Shown here: piece after piece, positions 1 to 12,086 of the stretch
Numbering within the stretch: the first letter of the stretch is position 1
How the letters are laid out: every line of letters begins with the position of its first letter
Assembly: GCF_001194135.2 (NCBI RefSeq)
Contig: NC_069000.1
Location: forward strand, 44,980,756-45,044,755
Source: Octopus bimaculoides
Lineage: Eukaryota
Direction of reading: 5' to 3'
DNA: 64,000 nt
Made by a program: the position numbers and the translations under genes
Notes under the pieces: generated by a model
The model's input: only the letters and a program-made list of their open reading frames with translations
Database searches by the model: none
What the model was told of the DNA's origin: nothing

Positions 1-1624
1 ACACACATATGCACTCATGAACTTAATAGCTTCATTATAATGGCTTCGAGGAATTTAGTAATTTATAAATAAAGTCAAGGCAATATATAATTTAAGTACA
101 AGCTACATATGAGGTGGGGGTGGGGGTCTAGATGCTAAGTTGATTGAATCAATGGACTCCCTACACACCCCCATCGCCCTCCCCCAGTTATTGATCAGTG
201 ATGTATTTTATTATCCCAGCAATGATGACCTTGATGGGATCTTGACTGATAGGTCTGCTGGGTCAGGGTTAACCTGGGGTTAAAGAGCAACATCTAGATG
301 TATCCTATAATGTATGTATGTGTGTGTGTGTGTGTGCGTATGTGTATTATACATACACACTATCATCGTTATCATCACCAACGTTTAACATCCATAAACC
401 TTGTGAGTCACTTCTGTAGACAGGAAGTGAAAACAAACCCTGTGTGTGTGTCCTCATTTCTCTATCAAGCACTAATCGTAATTAATTATAAGTGCTACAA
501 TAAATTTTGTATGGCCCATGCAAGAAAAAGGAAACTAAACATTAAAGCCATGATGAGGATAATGCTGATGACGATGACGATGATGGTGTGTGTGAGCGTT
601 AAGGAGTTTTCTTTCTGACAGTGTGCCATGCGGTGGATCTGAAGTTCCACTGCATGACACTTTAGACAAGTGTCTTCCACTTCTGCTATAGCCTTGGGCT
701 GAACAACACCCTGAGAGAGTTTGGTTGATGGAAACTATGTTGAAGCCATTTCAGTTATTCACTTATTCAATACTAGAATATGTTGGCTGGAACTTATCCG
801 AAGCAAGAATTTATATTGGGATGCTCTTGCTACTGCCAACCCTTAGCTATTTTTCAAGTGAGGTGTGTGTGTGTGTGTACATTCACATTTATATATGTTT
901 ATATGTGCATATGTTAGTACATGTCTGTTTCTATGTTTGTCTAATAAAAAAAAAAACATCAGTGACTGAAATGCATGTCCCTGGAACTTAGTACTGCAAT
1001 AAATATAAATTGGTAAACGTAGACAACAGGCTGACAAAATACTGGGTTTGATAGGATTAAAAAAGGAAAGAAAGAAAACCTGTCTATGGTGTTCTAGCAT
1101 GGACTAAAGACAAATGATTGAAACAAAAGCAAAATTGTAATCCTATTCAATAGCTTACAGTTGTTTCTGCTGTAAGCAGCATTGCACTCAAACCATCATC
1201 ACCATCATTTAACATCTGTTTTCCCTGCTAGCATGGGTCGAACGGTTTGACAGGAGCTGGCCAGGTTCCAATGGTCAGTGTTGGCATGGTTTCTACAGCT
1301 GGATACCATTCCTAATGCCAACCACTTTACAGAGTGCACTGGGTGCTGTTTACATGGCACCAGCACAGGTGATTTTTATGAGGTGCTGGCAGAAAGCATT
1401 TAAATCTATGGAGTTGATTACATACAGAACCATGTATTAAATCTGATACAGTCTGAGGTGAAAAAAACCTCCACATTAATTGATAATAAATTCTAACATC
1501 ACCTGATGCTTTAAAGCAGAACTATACTAAGTTCTAACTACTGGTCAATAGTATGGGTATACCTAGGAGGGATCATAATGTATGTACACACGTGATATGA
1601 AAATTAAATGCCGGTGAAACAAAC

Positions 1625-1765
1625 CTGCACATCGTATATCCGAAAGTAGTAAGAACGTCTGCTGTTGTCTTTGACAAAGCAGACAGCTCCAGAATGTTTC
1701 TTGTTCCATTGCTGTATGTTGGGTCGTTCTGCAAGAAACAGCTGGCAAAGGGCTGATGCTAAAGT
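1625..1765 (-). CDS. WASL: N-WASP (WASL) coding exon 2, WH1/EVH1 domain
   Basis: ttttgcag|...|gtttgt; 141 nt, phase 0/0; TLASALCQLFLAERPNIQQWNKKHSGAVCFVKDNSRRSYYFRIYDVQ matches the WH1 motif (S)GVACLVKDNPQRSYFLRIFD of N-WASP; joins in frame to the exon at 14999-15106. Confidence 0.95.
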
Positions 1766-2089
1766 CTGCAAAAGAGTAAATTAATAATAATAATAATAAT
1801 CCAGCATTAGAAGCTGTGCAAAGACAATATAATAATAACTATAATAATAATAATGATGATGATGATGATTTCAAATTTTTGCCACAAGGGCAGCTTGTTG
1901 GGAGGGGATTAAGTAGATTACATTGACCCCAGCGTTTCACTGGTAGTTAATTTATTGACCTCAAAAGAATGAAAGGCAAAATCGACCTCGGTGGAATTTG
2001 AAGGATGAGGGGGGCAATACAAAGACACACATAAANNNNNNNNNNTTTACATGTAATGAAAAAAAAAGAAAAAAGTATACATTAAAAGA

Positions 2090-3400
2090 AGGGAAGTATA
2101 CATAGAATGTGGCACTAGCCATCAGACACCCTGTTCATCACCTCTTCCCAATTCTTATCCACCCGAAGGTCGGGACTAAACCAGACCTTGAGCAGTTTAA
2201 CTGGTCCGTCAGTCTAACGTCTAGTAGAGGTGGAGGTTGTCATGGATGGAACTGCTCGGGATAGCAGCACGTTTCTGCCTCCCCGACCAGACTCCCAGCA
2301 ACAAGCGCAAACTTTTGTGCTAACACCTTGGCCAGAATTGTAAACTGTATTTAGCAGAGTTATGGGCCAAAAATTCCCTAGCATGTCCCCATTGCTGGCA
2401 TCCTTTCTCAGCAGTGTTACACACCCTGGCTAACAGCACTAGGAACTCTCCCATTCTGCTGCCAGTTATTGTAGACATCTGCCAAGAAGCTACCAAACAA
2501 ATCTGGCATGAACAAACTGGGTAATTTGCAACTTGTGCAATTGCTCATTGCCTTCTGTATTTCAGTGGCTGTAATCAGCCTGATGCAGAACCTTGCGTCC
2601 ATTACTAAGAGCCATGGTAGGTCGTCCAGATATGAAGTAAACTCTGCTACTGTTGCCAACCCATCACCCTCCCTAAAAATCCCAGCAAAGTGCTGCTGAA
2701 AAGCCACGCATATCTGCTCCGAACCAAGTAGTACGTGCCTGTCCTGATCCATTAAATCTTCATGTTTTTGTTTTCATGTTTTGTCACTACCATTCAGGCC
2801 CATTGGATGGCTTCAGATCTTTCGCGTTTTAGTGCACAGGCCTGAGCTCTGACAACGCACCCTTCATGTTTCACCTTAAAGAAATGGTCAAGGGCCATTC
2901 TCACTGCTAACACATCGGTTGCCATTCCTTTACTAACAACCTCTTCCAGTTTGCTAACAAGTTCTCCTTCTAATCTATTTCTTTCTATTGCTAAATCTTT
3001 GCTAAACACTATTGATTCTACTCTAATTGCTCTCTTCACCAGTTGTTGATGATTGCCCCTGTCAACTACCACTTAACTACTTCACTAATCCAGTCGCTGT
3101 AGTCTTTGTGAGCCGGTAAGGACGCATTCAACTTCCAGTAACTGGGTCTCTGTCTACGGGTCCTATGTAAATCAACTGTGCCTATCACAAATTTGTGATC
3201 TGAGTAGCTGACCAATTTAAATTGTGAATAACCTATGCTATCCCTATCCTCTGACCTAACAAATAGTCTACCTTAATATGATCTGGATGACCCATTACCG
3301 TTGCTCCTTGTCCACATCGGGACATCAGGGAAATCCAGTCGGTACCTGACAGAAAGCTGGAAAGTCCAAAGGAGCCTGGGATCTAGGTTAGAAACCGGTT
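2090..3400 (-). mobile_element. Degenerate Tx1/L1-clade LINE ORF2 fragment (end of endonuclease, linker, start of RT)
   Basis: Minus-strand remnants SYSDHKFV, HFFKVKHEGCVVRA, ITATEIQKAM, LADVYNNWQQNGRVP..V and NFWPITLLN, with stops and frameshifts. Confidence 0.8.
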
Positions 3401-4387
3401 CTTTCTTTATTGGCAAGAAATCTTGAAAAACTGAATAATGACAGACATACATACATACAAATAGTGAAGCTTCATGTAGCAAACATGTGCAGCAGAATAG
3501 GGTGTAGCAAACGTGTGTAGTGGTGCTTAATGTAGTGACCATGGGCAAGGGAGCTGAATGTGGTAAACATATGCATTTGAGCTGGGTGTAGTGAAAATGT
3601 GCATTTGAGCTTGATTCTGTGAACATGGGTAGCATAGCTGAATGTAATGACTATATGTCAATGCAGATAACTTCCTGATGTTATTTAACAATTAGTTGTA
3701 GGAGGAGGAGGAGGAGGAGATGATGACTAACAACAACAGACTGGATAAGCATTTTGCAACACAAATCATTTCATCCAAGTGTCATCTCCGGTTTAAGTGA
3801 CAATCTTTTTTGTCCTACTTAGAACCACTGCGACATGTTCAGAAAGACACACACAAGCTCACCTACACAATCCCCTTCTTGCAACCAAAATATAGATTAC
3901 ATATCTCCTGGTCGTTCTCCCATTTGTTTCATATCACGATTTTCAGTATCTAAAGCTCAGCATTAGGATTAACACTAGGAACCTTTTACACAATCTCGTT
4001 GTTCTCAATTTAAAGAACACTTAGACCACTATGAAGTACTCTAAAGTACACATATCCAAACACAATCCTATTTAAGGTACATTTAAATCATCATATAACA
4101 CCCTACTTAAAAGTGAATACTTATAGATACATGTGTCCCCCCAACTGTGCTCAATTAATGAATATCCATTCCACTCCCCTGTTTCTTATTTAAATTCTAT
4201 TTACATCACATCATGTCTTTCCTTCCATTATCTCCAACTGAAATCATAATTTATACCATCCCTGTTTCCAATTTGAAGCAAACACATAACAGCATTCTTC
4301 TGTTTCCAATTCAAAGCATACTCTTACCGCTTCCTCTATTCCCAGTTAAAAATAGGTTTGTGTGTACATGCAATTATCTCATTCCAG

Positions 4388-4740
4388 GGTGAAAAACTAG
4401 AGGTAGTCGATAGCTTCCGCTATCTGGGTGACCAAGTTAGTAGTGGGGGTGGGTGCGCTGAAAGTGTAGCTGCTAGAATAAGAATAGCCTGGCCAAAGTT
4501 TAGAGAGCTCTTACCCCTGCTGGCGACAAAGGGACTCTCACTCAGAGTAAAAGGCAGACTGTATGACGCATGCGTACGAACAACCATGCTACATGGCAGT
4601 GAAACATGGGCTGTAACTGCTGAGGACATACGTAAGCTCGCAAGGAATGAAGCCAGTATGCTCCGTTGGATGTGTAATGTCAATGTGAATACCCGTCAGA
4701 GTGTAAGTATCTTGAGAGAAAAGCTGAACATTAGAAGCAT
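4388..4740 (+). mobile_element. RTE-clade LINE RT C-terminal fragment (cut by gap)
   Basis: LEVVDSFRYLGDQVSSGGGC..IRIAWPKFRELLPLL..KGRLYDACVRTTMLHGSETW, typical of RTE. Confidence 0.9.
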
Positions 4741-5649
4741 NNNNNNNNNNNNNNNNNNNNNNNNNNNNNNNNNNNNNNNNNNNNNNNNNNNNNNNNNNNN
4801 NNNNNNNNNNNNNNNNNNNNNNNNNNNNNNNNNNNNNNNNNNNNNNNNNNNNNNNNNNNNNNNNNNNNNNNNNNNNNNNNNNNNNNNNNNNNNNNNNNNN
4901 NNNNNNNNNNNNNNNNNNNNNNNNNNNNNNNNNNNNNNNNNNNNNNNNNNNNNNNNNNNNNNNNNNNNNNNNNNNNNNNNNNNNNNNNNNNNNNNNNNNN
5001 NNNNNNNNNNNNNNNNNNNNNNNNNNNNNNNNNNNNNNNNNNNNNNNNNNNNNNNNNNNNNNNNNNNNNNNNNNNNNNNNNNNNNNNNNNNNNNNNNNNN
5101 NNNNNNNNNNNNNNNNNNNNNNNNNNNNNNNNNNNNNNNNNNNNNNNNNNNNNNNNNNNNNNNNNNNNNNNNNNNNNNNNNNNNNNNNNNNNNNNNNNNN
5201 NNNNNNNNNNNNNNNNNNNNNNNNNNNNNNNNNNNNNNNNNNNNNNNNNNNNNNNNNNNNNNNNNNNNNNNNNNNNNNNNNNNNNNNNNNNNNNNNNNNN
5301 NNNNNNNNNNNNNNNNNNNNNNNNNNNNNNNNNNNNNNNNNNNNNNNNNNNNNNNNNNNNNNNNNNNNNNNNNNNNNNNNNNNNNNNNNNNNNNNNNNNN
5401 NNNNNNNNNNNNNNNNNNNNNNNNNNNNNNNNNNNNNNNNNNNNNNNNNNNNNNNNNNNNNNNNNNNNNNNNNNNNNNNNNNNNNNGAAACTCTGCCAAA
5501 TCAGACTGGAGCCTGGTGTTGCCATCCGGTTTCACCAGTCCTCAGTCAAATCGTCCAACCCATGCTAGCATGGAAAGCGGACGTTAAACGATGATGATGA
5601 TGATGATGATGATGATGATATATATATATATATATATACATACACACAT

Positions 5650-5965
5650 ACGAGGGGAAGTCAAAAAGTAAATTACCAACACAGGAACATGTATCATACA
5701 TCAAAATGAAGCTGGTCCTCTGTGGATCACATCCCTACTTCTCAACATTGTCACCGTTTCTCTCAATAGCAATGTTCCACCTTCGAATCAGAGCATGTAT
5801 CCCTGCCCCATAAAATTCTGTTGACTGTTCTTTGAGCCACTTCTTCACTACAATTTTCACTTCCTCGTCACTGGAATAATGTTTGCCTCTCAAACCCTCT
5901 TTCATGAGGCCGAAGAGATGATAGTCCAGTGACGAGGAAGTGAAAACTGTAGTGAAGTAATTTGG
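5650..5965 (-). mobile_element. Mariner transposase 3' fragment with TIR
   Basis: tacgagggg TIR at ~5649; minus strand reads LFGLMKEGLRGKHYSSDEEVK..VKKWLKEQSTEFY..GIHALIRRWNIAIERNGD. Confidence 0.85.
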
Positions 5966-7687
5966 TAGATTTTAATTCAAAACTTATGAAAACAAAACAT
6001 TTGTACTCAGAGCCGGTTTCAGCCAGGCTGGTAATGAAAGGGTTAAATATCTATCTGTGTGTGAGTGTATGTGTATGTACACACATACATACATACATAT
6101 TTGTATGAAACAGTAATATAGATGTACGGCTGCCACCGATATGTTTAGAGCTCTTTGTAGATTACAATCAAATAGTCTGCTTCCTGTATAAGTTATTACA
6201 TAACTTCTATACTGAGTAATGTCACTACATATAAACTACAATGCAAATGTAGGAAAAATAAGGATAGTCACAAGTTTATCTTAATCTTGTGTTCAATCCT
6301 TATTTCTAATGTATTAAACACACACACACCCAAACAAACATATATGAAGCTTCTTTCAATTTCTGTTTACCAAACCCACTCACAAAGCTTCAGTCAGCCT
6401 GGAGTTATAGTAGAAGACATTTGCCAAAGTTGCCATACTCAATACCTACAAGATTATAATTCACACTATTAATAATCTCCAAATTCTACGAGGGGAGTTG
6501 TTTTCAGTTATTTCTCTATGAAATTAACACGAAACCTCCAAGACATTTGAGCAGGATTGAGGGGTTGAGGAAACAAGCTGTCATACCGTTCTCAAAGACA
6601 TTAGAAATGTAAAAGGAATAATAAACATTAGAAGTTACGAGAGTATTGTAGTTTGTTTGAAGCATTGTGTATTGCTTGTAAAGAATAAAATATTTTGAAT
6701 GGTACAACAATGCACTATATTACAAACAATGGGCTATATACCTGTTGTAATTTAGCCATCCATAGTCTGATGGTATTTTGGAATAAGATTCCTTCTTCAG
6801 ACATCCCTAGGAATTGATGGAGTCGCTCCATCAATTAGTGCATTGTTGTATCATTCAAAACATTTTATTCTTTATTAGAAGTTAAACTAGGATAGAAGAA
6901 CAAATTCTTAGAAGTCTTACTTTCTTACAGTGCAATGGTCACCGTCAAGGGGTCTGTCACTATCCTGGAAGGCCCACATCTTCAATGTAACCCAAACCAT
7001 ATTGATGCTACTGGATTTTGTTTCCAGAGTTTTTGTGCACTTCCAAATATGGTATGCAGGTAATGCTACAACTGATTGCAATGGTGTGTTTCTTACAACC
7101 AATAAGAGACGATAATATACAGACACAGGCATCGCTGTGTGGCAAGGAATTTCGGGTTCAGTCCCATTGCATGGCACCTTGAGTAAGTGTCTTCTATTAT
7201 AGCCATAGGCTGATCAAAGTTTTGTCAGTGAATTTGGTAAATGGAAACTGAAAGAAGCCCATTGTGTGTGCGTATGTGTACTTGTGTGTTACTGTCTCTT
7301 TGCCTTGATTCTGCATGACAGTCGTAAATGAGGGTCACCATCATACAATGCCTGAAAACAACAACAAACTAGATGGTCACATCTGGAACACCTTTGGTCA
7401 TAAATCTGCCAGACATGACAACAATCTTTGTACTGAGAATGTCTTTTATAATAAAAGAAAGATGTTCTCTGCCGTAATGTTTTAGTAAATGGCAGAGAGC
7501 CAAAGTCTGAAAAAGTGTACTAAATACTAATTACTGCAATGAGACTTAATTAATTATACTAATTTGCAGTTTGGCCGTTTCTGACAAAGAATCTCTATTT
7601 AATAATAGTCAATATAAATGTTGGCTGGTTGATTCTCCAGTCATGCTTGTTGAGAGAGAAAGGGAGAGAGAGAGAGAGAGAGAGAGA

Positions 7688-7722
<35 letters not shown>

Positions 7723-7928
7723 AATAAAGGTTAATAAACTAATTCATATGTGTAACACAGATAAATCTACAGTTATTTAGTTGAAAACCCTTAAACCCAT
7801 GATGATTGCAGAAGATCTGAAGACATCCTATTGTTCTCTTAAATAAATAGAAAAAAAATAACTGGGAATCCTTTTACAGACCTGATAAGGGATGATTGAT
7901 CCCTCCTCTGACAAGATGAACTTCAGAA

Positions 7929-8035
7929 ATTGAAAAAGTCAGACATACCTGTATCACTGTGATTTCAAACTCTTAGGATGGTATTTTGTGAAAGTTTGAA
8001 ATCACAGTGATACAGGTATGTCTGACTTTTTCAAT
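7929..8035. repeat. Perfect 43-bp inverted repeat with 21-nt spacer
   Basis: 7929-7971 ATTGAAAAAGTCAGACATACCTGTATCACTGTGATTTCAAACT is the exact reverse complement of 7993-8035. Confidence 0.95.
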
Positions 8036-8230
8036 CATTTTTATCATTGGTTCGGAGTCTTAAGGATTTGGTTCATCTGTCCACCTTCACCTTTATGCTT
8101 AAGTGAAAACTTGTGGTCATTTTGACTGTTATTTTAGCAATTAAGGGTACTGCCTGTAGTACCCTTAATTATTAATTGATAATTTTACCTTTATGGTTTT
8201 TTACATATGCTAAGCCACTGATATTATTAG

Positions 8231-8400
8231 GTGCAAGAGTGGCTGAGTGGTAAGAAGCTTGCTTCCCAACCACATGGTTCCAGATTCAGTCTCACTGCGT
8301 GGCACCTTGAGCAAGTGACTTCTACTATAGGCTCAGGCCTTGTGAGTGGATTTGGTAGACAGAAACTGAAAGAAGCCTGTTGTATATATGTATGTGCGTG
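8231..8400 (+). mobile_element. tRNA-derived CORE-like SINE family A (other copies ~7130-7270, 20790-20930, 22880-23210, 39490-39640, 52650-52805)
   Basis: A box (tggctgagtggtaag), B box (ggttccagattcagtc), CORE-like ggcaccttgagcaagtgacttct; repeated many times in the window. Confidence 0.8.
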
Positions 8401-11400
8401 TGTGTTTGTCCCCCCAACATCGCTTGACAACCGATGCTGGTGTGTTCACGTCCCTGTAACTTAGTAGCTTGGCAAAAAAAACCGATAGAATAAGTACTAG
8501 GGTCGATTTGCTTGACTAAAGGTGGTGCTCCAGCATGGCCACAGTCAAAAATGACTGAAACAATATATATATATATATCACTCACACATAGACACATACA
8601 TGCAGTCAATAAAATACATATTTTTAAAGACACAAACACATGTATAAACACACAGAGAAGTTGGTGTTTAGTTTGTTTACACTATTTACAATGTAAACAG
8701 ATTCCAGAGTAATGTTTATCTAATGAGGTGTAGAGGGTGAATGATGAACAACAAAAGACAACCCTTCAGGGGCACCACCACTGCCTAAATCCTTCCCTAA
8801 TAAACCAGATTCAATTACTTGCTGAAACCAGTTCACTTCACACCACAGATCTTAATACTATTATGGAACGGCATGAATGTCATACATTCTTATTACTGTA
8901 GTCCTGTATTAGTTTGTGACCTCAAAGCTAATTAAGAATATATTTTATTTTTACCTTTTAGAGGTCAAAGGTCAGAGTGTACGACCCATTTTCAAGATCT
9001 TCTGACAAAGGCAGGAGCAAAGGAGTAAGATAGCTTCTAATTAGAGATCTGGCTTGTAGGTTTGCCATGGAATGAACTCTGCCAAAGTCATTGAAGAATT
9101 CAAGAATCAGTGGTGGTGGTGGTGTATTGGATTTAGTTTCTCACCAAAGAACTGGGGACAGATTCTAAGACAGGCTTCCACAGTTTCTGTGTGCCATCTC
9201 TTTTTGTTTTTCACTTGTAGTTGCCATCTACCAAATCAACTTACGAACCTTTGGTTGGCTCCAAGGCAATAGTCACACAGTGGGACTGAACCTGGAACCA
9301 TGTGGTTGCAAAATAAAGCTACTTACCACACAGCCATGCCTGCACCTTGCTCTAAGATACATACAAACATTAAAATTATTAAAAAATTCGTCTACAAAGC
9401 TCATATTATCTAGTTGGTACAAGGATCGTACACAGCTTTTGAAGCAATTGACTGAAGGGGTGGGGGTGGGGTTGGAGGTCTGCATCAGTTTACTTGAGTA
9501 CCTGCAGGTGCTGTAAATGGTATGGCCATGTTTTAGCTAGTCACCATCGTAGTTTTAACATCTACTTCTCTACATTTGCATGGCTCAGAAGGAGTTCATT
9601 GGGTCAGATTTTCTACAGCTATAATGTTTTTCCTGTTGCCAACTTTTACCTATTTCCAAGTAAAAATATTTCCCAGTGGCCAGACATGTTTTCGTGGAAG
9701 ACTGAAAACAAAGATCATTGCCTGGATGATGGTGACGCTCGTTTACAACTATCACATGATGTCAAAATCAGGAGACACTGACATCCACCCACCACACACA
9801 TTCTTTTACTTGTTTCAGTCATTTTACTGTGGTCATGCTGGAGCACCACCTTAAAGGGTTTTAGTCAAAGAAATCAACCCTGGGACTTATTCTTTGTAAA
9901 CCTAGTACATATTCTATCAGTCTCTCTCGCCAAACCGCTACGTTACAGGGACGTAAACACACCAACATAGGTTGTCAAGGCAGCTCCATTTAATTGAACA
10001 ATGCAATCATTACATCAATTTATTGGAAGAAAATACTGGTTACAAAGTGTCGCATAGTGGGACTGAACCCTAATCCACAAGCAATATTCTTACCCCCCCC
10101 CCACACACACACCTGCACATATACCTTCTTGCACAATGTCGCAAAAGGAGCTCTGAGAAAATGAGAACAATTTCTGTCGAAGCATTTATTTATTTATTTA
10201 AGATGACAGATCAAAATCTGTTTCATTTAATGATAAAAAGGGAATTATAAAAATAAAAAAAAATTATTAAATCCTACACTGGAGGACAACACTCCTTCCA
10301 CCACTCTTTCTCATATTATATAAACATGGCTCGGAGAAGCTTTCAGCTTTCTGTCACGAATTTGTTACTACTACTACTACCGCTTCAACAGCTATAAATT
10401 TAGAATTACAAACAGCATCCCTTAGTTCACACTAGTATAAAGAAGAGTTCTTCGTAGACTATCAGCACCAATTACCATATCTGTAAATAACATTAAACCA
10501 TACTATCATCGCCCGAAACCTATTTCTATGCTAAAAAGACGACCACTCGTCGATTTGAACACTCGTCAACAGGCTTGAAAGTACTTCCTGCTCCTCGTTC
10601 CAATATATAAACCAACCGACTTAACCTGACCAATTTTCTCGTGACACTACGACTCCTGCTACAAACTGCCTCATTCATTTCTTCTCTCTCTTTTCTGAAT
10701 GCCAGTTGTTTATTCATTCAGACAGGAGGAAGGAGGCTCCTTCGTTTCTACTGAAGATGAAAAAATTCTCAAGCAGGCTATGAGATTTCTACAAGCCGTA
10801 AGATTCCATATAATCCTTTAAGGGGAGCTGCGGTGTGTAAGTTACAGCAGGATTATCTGGAAGCAATTACAGTAAAGAAATCATTTCGTAATAGATCAGG
10901 TTACTGAATACTTGAACATGCACATAATGTGTGTGAGCTCCAGGAAAGGCTCTTCTCATTTCACAGAAGAAAGCTCCGACCAGATCAACACTCCCTTTGG
11001 CGTATCTGTGTCATCATATACGTAAATGGAATCGTTAATGGAACATGCAAAACTTCTAGAGAATGATTTAAATTACGTTCACGCCAGGCAAGGAAGAGAC
11101 CGAGCCCCTTGCGGACGCGACAGACGTCAAAGTATGTCTATCATTGACGACTTTTAGACAATCCAAAAGGAAGCAATAAATTACATCAGCTGTCGACCAG
11201 AGTAAAGAACGTCAGAGATAGAAACGATAGGATTTCCGTTGATATTTCTACCCCTTCATCCGGCAACCTTAACTGTACCGTAGAAACTCTCCAATGCCCG
11301 ACACTTTCTTAATCAACAAGCACTTGTTAAACTATCGTGTTTAAATTTGTAAATTCTATTTCTATTAAATTATAATCAACCTCCCAGTTAAGCCGTGCGC

Positions 11401-12031
11401 TTATGTGAGCGCATGTTTTACAACTCATACACAAATGGGAGAAAATTAAATGTACGCACACGAAGTTTTCAACATGAAATCGAATATTTTTTTTTTAATT
11501 AAGGATGGCTAATAACATCCATGCAAAGACAAAATTTACATTGATTAGCTGAAAAACCCCCCCCTCATTTATAATTAACCGAAGTGAAGTTGGCTAATTT
11601 TGTAATTGTTTAGCATCAAAATAAACGAATTATGCTTAATGTGTAAATATTAATAATGATAAAGTTGTGATAGGATGCATGTATCAAACCTATACGGGTC
11701 ACACCAATTACAGTAGAAATATAGACGTAATTAGGGTTAATTAATTAACTGGACGGGTACGTGTTAGTTGAAGAGTGGCATTATCAGTTACGTCCCTTAC
11801 ATCGACTTCCGGTACCACCCTAACTACGGCTCGTGACGATGTATTTCTCACTATGAAATTGATTAAAACCATTAATAAAGGCATCTTAACCACAACACGC
11901 ACTATATATATATGTGTATGTGTGTGTGTAGTTGTTTAGTGTTAACTGTCGAAAAAAAACACATACCATGCTAGATCCTGTGCACAAACAGGCGAAACTC
12001 AGAGTAGCAAGAGACTGACTCAACTAAAATT

Positions 12032-12086
<55 letters not shown>

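Noticed and set aside
8760-8782. Histone 3' stem-loop-like motif (acccttcaggggcaccacca)
   Set aside because: Stem is too short for the 6-bp/4-nt consensus and there is no histone CDS nearby
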